NCBI GenBank assembly: GCA_034927595.1
Contig: JAYFPQ010000085.1
Span: 1 to 57,387, forward strand
DNA: 57,387 bases
Source of the DNA: Christensenella sp.
GTDB lineage: Bacteria; Bacillota; Clostridia; Christensenellales; CAG-138
Reading direction: 5' to 3'
Shown here: positions 46,425 to 54,770 of the stretch, one piece after another
Numbering within the stretch: the stretch's first letter is position 1
How the letters are laid out: each line of letters begins with the position of its first letter
Position numbers and translations under genes: made by a program
Notes under the pieces: generated by a model
What the model saw: the letters and a program-made list of their open reading frames with translations, nothing else
Databases searched by the model: none
What the model was told of the DNA's origin: nothing

Positions 46425-47309
46425 ATGGATTCAATCTTAATCATTGGCGGAAATGGCTTTCTGGGGTCGCACCTCGCGGCGCGCGCAGGAATGCTTGGCA
46501 TGCGCGTCAGCGTGGTTGGAACGGCGCAGCGCTCCGCGGTGCCAAACGCGGCATACCATCGCGCAGACATCGGCGATCGAAGCGCGATGCAGGCCGTGTT
46601 TCAAGCGGTCTCGCCGCGCTATGTCGTGAATGCGGCGGCGATTGCGGACATTGACTATGCCGAGCAGCACTCGGAGGAAGCGCTGCGCGTGAATGCACAC
46701 GGCGCGGAGATCTGCGCTCTACTGGCGGCGCAGTACCATGCCCGGCACCTGTTCTTCTCGTCGGACGCGGTGTTTGACGGAACAAAAGAGACCTATTCGG
46801 AGGACGACGCGACGAACCCTTGCAACTATTACGGAAGAACCAAGGAGCTCGCGGAGCAGAAAGTCGCGTTGGCTCATCCGGACGCGGTGATTGCGCGGGT
46901 GTCGCTGCTGCTCGGACGAAGCAGCGGAAACTCCGGCGTGGTCGATCCGCTGATGCGCAGGCTGGAGGCGGGGGATATCGCGTTTAGCAACAGCGACCAG
47001 ATTCGCACGCCGATCGACATTTATACGTTGGCAGATGCTACGTTTGAGTTGCTGGCACGGCAAGAGTGCTCCGGCCTCATTCATCTGGCGTGCACCGAGG
47101 CGGCAAGCAAGCTGGAGATTTGCCGGGACATCGCGCGAGGATGCGGATACGATCCGGAACGTGTGCAGCCCTACCCGGAGGGAAGTACGCGGGGAGCCAA
47201 GCGCCATTTAAACGGCGTGCTAAGCGTAGAGAAGGCGGCGCGTATATTGAAACAGACGCATATGCCAACGTTGGAGGGAACCATCGAGCGCGCGATGCAG
47301 GGCAGATAA
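46425..47309 (+). CDS. Extended SDR, RmlD-like NAD(P)-dependent reductase
   Basis: GGNGFLG, NAAA, SSDAVFDG, YGRTK. Confidence 0.88.
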   Translation: MDSILIIGGNGFLGSHLAARAGMLGMRVSVVGTAQRSAVPNAAYHRADIGDRSAMQAVFQAVSPRYVVNAAAIADIDYAEQHSEEALRVNAHGAEICALLAAQYHARHLFFSSDAVFDGTKETYSEDDATNPCNYYGRTKELAEQKVALAHPDAVIARVSLLLGRSSGNSGVVDPLMRRLEAGDIAFSNSDQIRTPIDIYTLADATFELLARQECSGLIHLACTEAASKLEICRDIARGCGYDPERVQPYPEGSTRGAKRHLNGVLSVEKAARILKQTHMPTLEGTIERAMQGR

Positions 47310-47419
47310 GCAATTGCCCGAACTCCGACGAAACCGAAGCTTTCGAAACATAAAAACAAGAGTCCATCTCACGATGGACTCTGTTTATAGAAATACTACG
47401 TTTGGAACAATCGCGAATG

Positions 47420-48754
47420 TTAATCTTGCGCAATCTCCACGCTGACGATGGAATCCGCATGCAGCGAAATCTCAATCAGGCTGCCTTCCAGCCGCAGGAA
47501 GACACGTCGTTCAACGGCACAATTGTTGGAAAGCACCGCGACAATCGTTCCGTCCGGATTGCGGAAAGCCGCCGCGTCCACCTCCGTTGAAAACGTGGTG
47601 GTGGATATGTGCCGGGCGCCGGACGCGATAAAATGGCTGAAGTGCCAGATATAGTAGTAGGAGAGGCGCTTTTCAAAGGCGCCTGTTTTCGTGTTGCACA
47701 GAATGGGCGCGTCGCAGAAATTCTGCGCGTGGTTGGGGCCGCCGTCGCTGCCCAGTGCGATATTCCAGTCGAGAAAGGTATTCATGCCCGCGTTGAAATT
47801 GCCGATCATGTCGTGCGCATACATGCGCGCGCTCTGCAGCTGATCCTCGCGGTCAAAACGGTTGTACTCGATGCACCCTTCGGAGAACAGCAGCGAGAGC
47901 GCGGGGTATTGAGCGCGCACCAGTCGCAGAGCGTCAAAATGATCGCCGCTATACCAGTGAAATGCGGCGCCGTGGATCAACCGCGCGGTGGATTCGTCTA
48001 CCACTTCGCAAACGCGGTCGAAGAGGCGCTCCTTGTTGTGATCCCAGATGTAGATTGCAATATCGCCCAAGCCTGCTTTGATCAGAGCGGGGTAGAGGAA
48101 GTCGCGCAGAAAGGTCTTTTCCTCCTCGCCGGTAAACAGGCAGCTGTCCCAAAGCTGCGTTGCGTTTGGCTCGTTTTGCACGGAGAGGCGGGTGACGGTT
48201 AGCCCGTGCGCCTGATACGAGCGGATGTAGCGGCAGATGTACTCCGCCCAAGCCGAGTAACACTCTGGCTTGAGTGCTCCGCCGTGGCTGCGCTCGCCGT
48301 TGCTCTTCATATAGGCCGGAGGGGACCATGGCGTCAGCATGACGCCAATCGTCTCCGGGCAAACCTTCTGCGCCGCCTGAATATAGGGAATGACGTAGGT
48401 TTCGTCATGGCGAAGGTCAAAGGGTGCGTCGGGTGACGGCGAAGCCTCGTATTGCGACAGCGCAAAATCACAACTGTCGATGGAGGTTCGAACGAGCGTA
48501 TAGCGCAGCCCTTCCGCGCGAAACACGGCGTCGAGAATCTGCTGCTGCGCGGAAGGCGGCATCAGGGAGAGCGTGTATCCGACGGACTCGGTGATCGCAC
48601 CGCCGAACCCGTCGATCTGTTGATTGGCGAGTTTCGGGTAGAGGTTGATGACGTCCCGCTCCTGCGAGCCGGTGTCGGGGGTAATGTTGCATTCTTCGAT
48701 GGAATGGGTGATGGTGCCGTTGCGGTAGTTTGTAAAGGTAGCCTTTGCCTGCAT
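47420..48754 (-). CDS. Glycoside hydrolase family 30 (glucosylceramidase/beta-glucosidase-like)
   Basis: DGFGGA, SCDF, PWSPPAYMK, VQNEP, WDHN, HWYSG, FSEGC, DWN, GGPNH; AAGGAG before ATG 48754. Confidence 0.92.
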   Translation of the reverse strand: MQAKATFTNYRNGTITHSIEECNITPDTGSQERDVINLYPKLANQQIDGFGGAITESVGYTLSLMPPSAQQQILDAVFRAEGLRYTLVRTSIDSCDFALSQYEASPSPDAPFDLRHDETYVIPYIQAAQKVCPETIGVMLTPWSPPAYMKSNGERSHGGALKPECYSAWAEYICRYIRSYQAHGLTVTRLSVQNEPNATQLWDSCLFTGEEEKTFLRDFLYPALIKAGLGDIAIYIWDHNKERLFDRVCEVVDESTARLIHGAAFHWYSGDHFDALRLVRAQYPALSLLFSEGCIEYNRFDREDQLQSARMYAHDMIGNFNAGMNTFLDWNIALGSDGGPNHAQNFCDAPILCNTKTGAFEKRLSYYYIWHFSHFIASGARHISTTTFSTEVDAAAFRNPDGTIVAVLSNNCAVERRVFLRLEGSLIEISLHADSIVSVEIAQD

Positions 48755-48789
48755 TGGGGTACTCCTTGCTGATTGATGGATGATCGTTG

Positions 48790-50127
48790 TTATCGAATCA
48801 GGATGCTGTTGACCGAGCGCGGCTCCAGCGGGAAGCGAAGTGTTTCGCCGTTGTGCAGCAGCGTGACGGATCGCACTTCGCAAAACGGGTTGAATACGCT
48901 GAGCGCTAAGGAGCCGTCGGGATTTTGAAATGCGAGGGTGTCCGCGGCCCAAACGCCCGTCATGCCGAGGCGAACTGCGCCGCGCTGCACGATGGCGGAG
49001 GCGCTCTTCATAACGTAGTAATCCGGATTGAGCGTATAGCGCTTGCTCGCGGGGTCTACGGTGACCATTGCGTTTTGCGGGTCGCCCCAGGTGCTCCGCC
49101 CGACCGGCTCCAGAACGGGATTCCAGTAGAGATAGCTCTCCGCGCCGTTGCCGATGTAGTGCTTCATCATCGTCCAGACATAGAGCGCATAGTCCCAGGT
49201 GTTGTCGCCAAAGCCGCATTCGTTTTCGGACTGCATGAGCCGAACGCGCGGCCACCAGCTCTCAAACGTTCGCTGAATCGCGATTTTGCCGCCCCACTGG
49301 TAGCTCACGCCCGCGATGAATGCCAGCGCGCGCTCGTCCGAAAGGACGATGTTGGCAAAATAGTCGTAGTCCTCCGTCGCCCACTTATCGAAGATCAGGC
49401 GGTTGTAGTCGCAGCCCGGCGCGTTGATCGTGCCCAGCCAAAGCTCGGTGCTCGGGCACTGCCGCTTCAGCACCGGGCCAATGTAGTCCCGAATGAACAC
49501 GCGCAGTTCCTCGCCCGTCCACATGCAGGAGGGGAACTTCTGGTTCGCGACCGGTTCGTTCTGCACGTGGATCTGGTCGATATGAACGCCTTGCTCCGCG
49601 TAGGCCAGCACGAATTTCGCAAAGTAGTTTGCGTAGGCACTCAGGTTCTCCGGCGTCCAGACGAGTTTGCCCCAGTTGTAGACCGGCGGGTTCTTCATCC
49701 ACGTTGGCGGGCTCCAGGGCGAGGCAAAGAGCTTCATCTCCGGCTGATAGGTCTGCGCTTCTTTGATGTAGGGAATCAGGCAGCGCTTGTCCCGCTCAAT
49801 GCTGAACTTTTCCAGCGCGAAGTCTCCTGGCGTCTCGTCGAGGCTATACCAGTCCTCGGCATAGTCGTTTGCGCCGATGGGCAGACGGCAAAGGTTGAAG
49901 TTTGCGTGGTCGGGCGCGTAGAGCTCCGTAAACAGGGCCGCGCGGTCTTCGGCGGATAGGTGCGACAGCGCGCGGTAACCCAGCTCATTGAAGCAGCCGC
50001 CGAACCCCTCCATACGCTGATAGGTTCGTCCGTCCGGCGCAAGCGAGGGCGGCGTATCGGCCCGCTCGCAGGTCTTTTGCTGCCATTGGGCTTGTTCGTT
50101 GCTGAAATACCAGCTGACGTTCGACAT
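48790..50127 (-). CDS. Glycoside hydrolase family 30
   Basis: EGFGG, GANDY, SPWSPPTWMK, VQNEP, QSENECG, YWN. Confidence 0.92.
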   Translation of the reverse strand: MSNVSWYFSNEQAQWQQKTCERADTPPSLAPDGRTYQRMEGFGGCFNELGYRALSHLSAEDRAALFTELYAPDHANFNLCRLPIGANDYAEDWYSLDETPGDFALEKFSIERDKRCLIPYIKEAQTYQPEMKLFASPWSPPTWMKNPPVYNWGKLVWTPENLSAYANYFAKFVLAYAEQGVHIDQIHVQNEPVANQKFPSCMWTGEELRVFIRDYIGPVLKRQCPSTELWLGTINAPGCDYNRLIFDKWATEDYDYFANIVLSDERALAFIAGVSYQWGGKIAIQRTFESWWPRVRLMQSENECGFGDNTWDYALYVWTMMKHYIGNGAESYLYWNPVLEPVGRSTWGDPQNAMVTVDPASKRYTLNPDYYVMKSASAIVQRGAVRLGMTGVWAADTLAFQNPDGSLALSVFNPFCEVRSVTLLHNGETLRFPLEPRSVNSILIR

Positions 50128-50140
50128 AGGGGACAACCTC

Positions 50141-50968
50141 CTATTTTTCGGATCCGGCGGTCAGGCCGTCGATGATGTAGCGCGAGAAGATTGCAAATAC
50201 GATCATAATCGGGATGACGGAAATCGCAACCGCGAGGTACATGGCGCCATAGTTCGTAACATAGAGCCCCTTGATCATGGAGATCATCACGGGCATGGTA
50301 TAGAGTTCCTTGCGCTGGAGTATGATCAGCGGCCCCATGTAGGCGTTCCACGACGCGACAAAGTTGAAGATGCACATGGTCGCCACCCCCGGCATGATGC
50401 AGGGCAGCACGATGCGGTTGAAGATGCCAAACTCGGAGCAGCCCTCGATGCGCGGCGCTTCGATCATGGAGTCCGAAATGCTCTGCTCAATCATACCCCG
50501 CAGGAAGAACACGGTGGTTGCGTTTGCAATGCCGGGAATGATGAACGGCAGATAGCTGTTGGTCAGCCCCAGCTTGAGGCAGAGCCGGTAGAACCCGATG
50601 ATGCTCAACTGCGAGGGAATCATCATAGAAGCCAACACGATGGCATAGAGCACATTCTGGAACCGGAATTTGTATTTGGCAAACCCGTAGGCGGTAAACG
50701 CGCCGAAGTAGCCGGTGAGCAGCGTAAACGGAATGGTGATGGCAATGCTGTTGAAGAACCCACGCCAGATGTCGACGAGCTTCTGCATCGTTTGGTAGTT
50801 TTCCGCCAGCGCGTCGCCCGGCAGCAGATGGAACTTGGTGACGATGTCGAGACTACTATGCGTGCTGTTGACGAACACCACGAGAAACGGCACCACGCAG
50901 AGCAGCGTCAGCACAATCAGCAACAGCCAGATGCCAAGCGAGGAAGGACGGAAGGTTCGATGTTTCAT
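50141..50968 (-). CDS. Carbohydrate ABC permease (MalG-like)
   Basis: AYGFAKY, MMIP, EAPRIEG (EAA loop), SWN. Confidence 0.92.
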   Translation of the reverse strand: MKHRTFRPSSLGIWLLLIVLTLLCVVPFLVVFVNSTHSSLDIVTKFHLLPGDALAENYQTMQKLVDIWRGFFNSIAITIPFTLLTGYFGAFTAYGFAKYKFRFQNVLYAIVLASMMIPSQLSIIGFYRLCLKLGLTNSYLPFIIPGIANATTVFFLRGMIEQSISDSMIEAPRIEGCSEFGIFNRIVLPCIMPGVATMCIFNFVASWNAYMGPLIILQRKELYTMPVMISMIKGLYVTNYGAMYLAVAISVIPIMIVFAIFSRYIIDGLTAGSEK

Positions 50969-51897
50969 AGTTTGTACGCGCCGTCCTTTCTACGCATAGA
51001 TTTGTATGCAAAGCCGCTCATCACCGCGATAAAGAGGAACAGCACGCAGGAGATGGTGGCGGAATAGCCATAGTTAAAGTTCTTGAACCCCTGATTGTAC
51101 AGATACATCGAGACGGTCAGCACCGCCTTGCCGGGGTCGCCAAGGTTGTTGGAGAGCGTCAGTGGCACGTCAAAGAGCTGCATGCCGCCAATGAACGACG
51201 TAATCGCGAGGTACACGAGCGTCGGCTGAATCAGGGGGAGGGTGATCTTCCAGAACGTTTGACTTTTGCTCGCGCCGTCCACCATCGCGGCTTCGTAGAG
51301 GCTCTTGTCGACCGTGGTGGTTCCCGCGAGGATGATCACGGTGGTGTAGCCAAACCACATCCACCATTGCACAAACGAGACAAGGCCGCTCGTGAGCGTC
51401 TTACTCATAAAGAAGCTGATGGGCGCGCCCTGCACGCCGAGGGAGACAAGCAGCTGGTTGATTGGCGAATGGTCGCCGTCCAGCAGCAGGTTAAAGAGCA
51501 GGCCGACGGAGGTTGCGGTGATCAGGTTCGGCAGGTAGAACACCGCGCGGTAGAAGTTTTTACCGCGGACGCGACAGAAGGTGAAGATTGCGGTGAGGAC
51601 GAGCGCCATACCAAACTGCGGAATCGCGTTGCCCAGCCAGATTCGAATCGTGTTCCAAAGCGCGAGGTAGAACACGTCGTCGCCAAGGATGCGCGCGTAG
51701 TTCTTGAGGCCGATCTGGACGGCGGGCATCAACCCGTCCCACTTTTGCAGGCTCAGCGAAAACGTACTGACGATGGGATATAGCCCGAAGATCAGAAAAA
51801 CAAGGAAAAACGGGGCAATGAACAGGTAGCCATACCAGCCCTTGTCCAGCTTGCTCCGCTTTTTGGGAAGCGCGGAATTCGTTGCGTCTGCTTGCAT
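50965..51897 (-). CDS. Carbohydrate ABC permease (MalF-like)
   Basis: YLFIAP, GLKNY, LYEAAMVDGA, FWKITLP. Confidence 0.93.
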   Translation of the reverse strand: MQADATNSALPKKRSKLDKGWYGYLFIAPFFLVFLIFGLYPIVSTFSLSLQKWDGLMPAVQIGLKNYARILGDDVFYLALWNTIRIWLGNAIPQFGMALVLTAIFTFCRVRGKNFYRAVFYLPNLITATSVGLLFNLLLDGDHSPINQLLVSLGVQGAPISFFMSKTLTSGLVSFVQWWMWFGYTTVIILAGTTTVDKSLYEAAMVDGASKSQTFWKITLPLIQPTLVYLAITSFIGGMQLFDVPLTLSNNLGDPGKAVLTVSMYLYNQGFKNFNYGYSATISCVLFLFIAVMSGFAYKSMRRKDGAYKL

Positions 51898-52012
51898 GGA
51901 GGTTCCTTCCTTCCAAAGATGGGTTTACCGCGGCGGAACAAACGACTCAAGCCCGGCGCGAGGGGGAGGCAAGGGCCGCCGCAGTCTGCGGCGGCCCCGC
52001 TCGATGGTTCGT

Positions 52013-53344
52013 TTAGTCCGCGATGGTGAGATCGGGGTAGGCGTTCAGCGCGTCCGCTTTGAACTGCGCAATGGCCTCGTCCTTCGTCATCGCGCCGGAA
52101 ACATAGGACTTCACGGCGGAGAGGAAGGCGTTGTTCAGCGTTCCGTCATACTGCGTCATCAGATCCGCGGGGATCTTGGCCATGACGCTGTTGTAGAAAG
52201 CGTAGAGGTTCTGTCCGCCGAGGACCGCGTCGCCGGCTTCGCTGGCAAGGGCTTCGTCCACGCTCTTGAGCGCAACGTATTCGCCATACTGGCTGGCATA
52301 CGCTTTGACGGATTCTTCGTTCAGCGTGCAATACTGCAGGAACAGCCAGGCGAGGTCCTTGTTCGTGCTGCCGTCGTAGATGCCGACCCAGGTGCCGCCC
52401 TTGACGTAGGGCACCGGCGCTTCGCACATGGCCCACTGGCCGCTCGTCGTCACGGCGGACGGCTTGATCAGGAACTGGTAGCCCCAGGTGGGCAGAATGT
52501 AGCAGAAGCAGTCCGCGCTCTCGACGGCGGCATACCATTCACCGCTCCACGGGTCGCAGTTCTTATCATAGCCCTTGTCGACGATGGTCTTGGCCATGTC
52601 CATGTATTCCGTCAGGCTCGGGTCAATGGTCAGCGTGCCGTCCTTCACCCAGCCGCTCGCGCGGTTCGTGAATTCCATGTTCATGATGTCCTGCCAGGTG
52701 GCAAACATCTTCACGTTCTGTTCGGCCATCTTGGCGGCAACTTCCATCATCTTGGCGTTGCTACCCAGCATTTCGCCGACGGCGACGGGATCATCGGTGC
52801 CGAGCACGGTCTTGGCGATGTCACGGCGGTAGATGATGCCGCCCGGGGAGGCCTGCCAGCTCAGGGCTTTGATGACGCCCTTGGAGTCGGTGCCGATGTT
52901 GCGGACGTAATCCCAGATGTTATCCTTGTACTGGTCGATGCCAAACTGGCTCAGGTCGGTCCAATACGGCGTTTCCACGAGGTATTTCACGTAGTCCGAT
53001 TCACCGGTGAACATGTCCGGCGCCTGACCGCCGGAGATCGCGGTGGAGAGCTTGGTGAGGAACTCCGAATTCGGAACAACGGTGACTTCGACCTTGATGT
53101 TCGGGTAGATGGCGTTAAAGCCTTCCACGAAGCGGGTCAGTTCCTCGCCGGAGGACCAAACGGTGATGGTGCCGCTCAGCGATGCGGGATCGGTAGTGGG
53201 CGCTTCCGTTGCTTCGGCGGCGGGCGCGGCGGTATCCGCAGCGGCGGTGTCCGCGGGGGTGGCTTCTGTGGCGGGCGAGCTAGTGCAGGCAAACATTCCG
53301 AGTGCCAGAACCAGCGCAAGAACGATAGCAAGGGTCTTCTTCAT
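52013..53344 (-). CDS. Oligosaccharide ABC substrate-binding lipoprotein
   Basis: Lipobox MFAC, Ala/Pro/Thr linker, ITVWS, YPNIKV, YRRD, GGTWVGI; AGGAGG RBS. Confidence 0.92.
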   Translation of the reverse strand: MKKTLAIVLALVLALGMFACTSSPATEATPADTAAADTAAPAAEATEAPTTDPASLSGTITVWSSGEELTRFVEGFNAIYPNIKVEVTVVPNSEFLTKLSTAISGGQAPDMFTGESDYVKYLVETPYWTDLSQFGIDQYKDNIWDYVRNIGTDSKGVIKALSWQASPGGIIYRRDIAKTVLGTDDPVAVGEMLGSNAKMMEVAAKMAEQNVKMFATWQDIMNMEFTNRASGWVKDGTLTIDPSLTEYMDMAKTIVDKGYDKNCDPWSGEWYAAVESADCFCYILPTWGYQFLIKPSAVTTSGQWAMCEAPVPYVKGGTWVGIYDGSTNKDLAWLFLQYCTLNEESVKAYASQYGEYVALKSVDEALASEAGDAVLGGQNLYAFYNSVMAKIPADLMTQYDGTLNNAFLSAVKSYVSGAMTKDEAIAQFKADALNAYPDLTIAD

Positions 53345-53426
53345 GGATTCTCTCCTCCTTTTATATACTGAAATGCAGGTGCATTCAGTTTCCGTTCGTT
53401 TCCCCCGCGAAGCCACAGCCCGGTGT

Positions 53427-54401
53427 TCAGCCATTCACCCGCGCAACGCTGTCGCGCAGAATCAGGTCTGGCGGAACGAGTTCCTTGACGCGCTTCTGGC
53501 TGCCGTTCAGGCGGGCAATCAGGGTTTCGGCCAGGCGCATGCCGATTTCGTAGACCGGCTGGTGGACGGTGGTGACGTTGGGGCGAACGAGCAGATCGTG
53601 CCCCAGTCCGTCGAAACCCACGAGGGAAAGGTCCGCGGGAATCTTCTTTCCCGCTTTGAGGATGGCGTTTGCGGCTCCGATTGCAAGGGTATCCGTTGCG
53701 CAGAAGACGCCGCTGACCTCCGGATGTTCCACGATGAGCCGCTTCATTGCGCCGTATCCGCCTTCTACGTTGTTGACGGCGATGATCTGCGGGCAATGTT
53801 GGGGATCGATACCCGCTTCCTCCAGCGCACGGCGGTAGCCCAACGCACGGTCGAGGGTATAGTCCTTGTCTTCGTCAACATTGATCATTGCGACGTGGCG
53901 GTGCCCGTTTTCAATGAGCAGTTGCGTTACTTTTTTTGCGCCCAACGTATTGTCCACGTCGATGCAGTCGATATCCGGGTGCTCCGTGTGCCCAAAGAGC
54001 ACGAGCGGGCGATTGCGTTCATTCGTGTATTGGTAGATCTGTTTGACTTCGTCCTTTAATAAACCCGTGGCGATGTAGCCGTCGCAGAGATGCTCGTTGT
54101 CCAGCTCCCGCCGAATGAGAAAGGAGTATACGTGCTTGCTGAGCACCTCGCTGATTCCCGCGACAAAGTGCATGACGAATGGGTTGGTCAAATCGATGGC
54201 GGCGGGAATGTAGACCGCGATGATTCCAATCTTGTTGGAAGCCAGCGCACGGGCGACGGGGTTTTGAACATAGTTGAGTTCGTTGAGCGCGCGTTCCACC
54301 TTTTCGCGCGTAGCAGGCTTGACCAGCTCCGGTGAATTGATTACCCGCGACACCGTAATGATGGATACGCCGGCGAGCTTTGCAACATCTTCAAGTCTCA
54401 T
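53427..54401 (-). CDS. LacI-family transcriptional regulator
   Basis: LEDVAKLAGVSIITVSRVIN, ARAL hinge, VDN, VGFD, TTVHQP. Confidence 0.95.
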   Translation of the reverse strand: MRLEDVAKLAGVSIITVSRVINSPELVKPATREKVERALNELNYVQNPVARALASNKIGIIAVYIPAAIDLTNPFVMHFVAGISEVLSKHVYSFLIRRELDNEHLCDGYIATGLLKDEVKQIYQYTNERNRPLVLFGHTEHPDIDCIDVDNTLGAKKVTQLLIENGHRHVAMINVDEDKDYTLDRALGYRRALEEAGIDPQHCPQIIAVNNVEGGYGAMKRLIVEHPEVSGVFCATDTLAIGAANAILKAGKKIPADLSLVGFDGLGHDLLVRPNVTTVHQPVYEIGMRLAETLIARLNGSQKRVKELVPPDLILRDSVARVNG

Positions 54402-54424
54402 TCGATTATCAACTGCCTTTACAA

Positions 54425-54442
54425 AATGATAGCGCTATCATT
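54425..54442. promoter_or_regulatory. LacI-type operator O1 overlapping extended -10 (TGG-TATAAT, minus strand)
   Basis: Perfect 18-bp palindrome AATGATAGCGCTATCATT. Confidence 0.85.
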
Positions 54443-54479
54443 ATACCAGAAAAAGAAAAGCGAGAACAGATCAATTTGA

Positions 54480-54497
54480 AATGTTAGCGCTATCATT
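54480..54497. promoter_or_regulatory. LacI-type operator O2
   Basis: AATGTTAGCGCTATCATT, one mismatch to O1. Confidence 0.8.
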
Positions 54498-54770
54498 TTT
54501 GACAACTTGATACTAGCACATGCTTTTTCCAAAAGCAATACAGAATTCGAAAATGATTCTACTTTTTTCTGCCGGAACGGATTTCGGTTTGAGCGGCATG
54601 TTAAAATAGTCCAATGCAACACGCCAAATTCGTACAATCGCGATAGGGGGAAAAGGCGGGGAGAATGTATTATAATATTAGTATCGAGCAGTGCGCAAAT
54701 CCGATCATCTTAGTTTCTGTTGAACGATACGGACGCAGACAACCGCTACCCTGACACATCCGGGAGAATT

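Noticed and set aside
38816-47309. Reading the DegT/RmlD genes as a surface-polysaccharide biosynthesis locus
   Set aside because: No glycosyltransferase, nucleotidyltransferase, flippase or polymerase; importer and ROK context favour catabolism, though this is not proven
48755-49255. N-terminal extension of ORF 47420..49255
   Set aside because: Overlaps the upstream GH30 in another frame; AAGGAG and ATG at 48754 give the better start
31178-50127. Glucosylceramide pathway from the ceramidase-like gene plus GH30s
   Set aside because: About 15 kb apart, under different regulators and operators; family names alone do not support shared function
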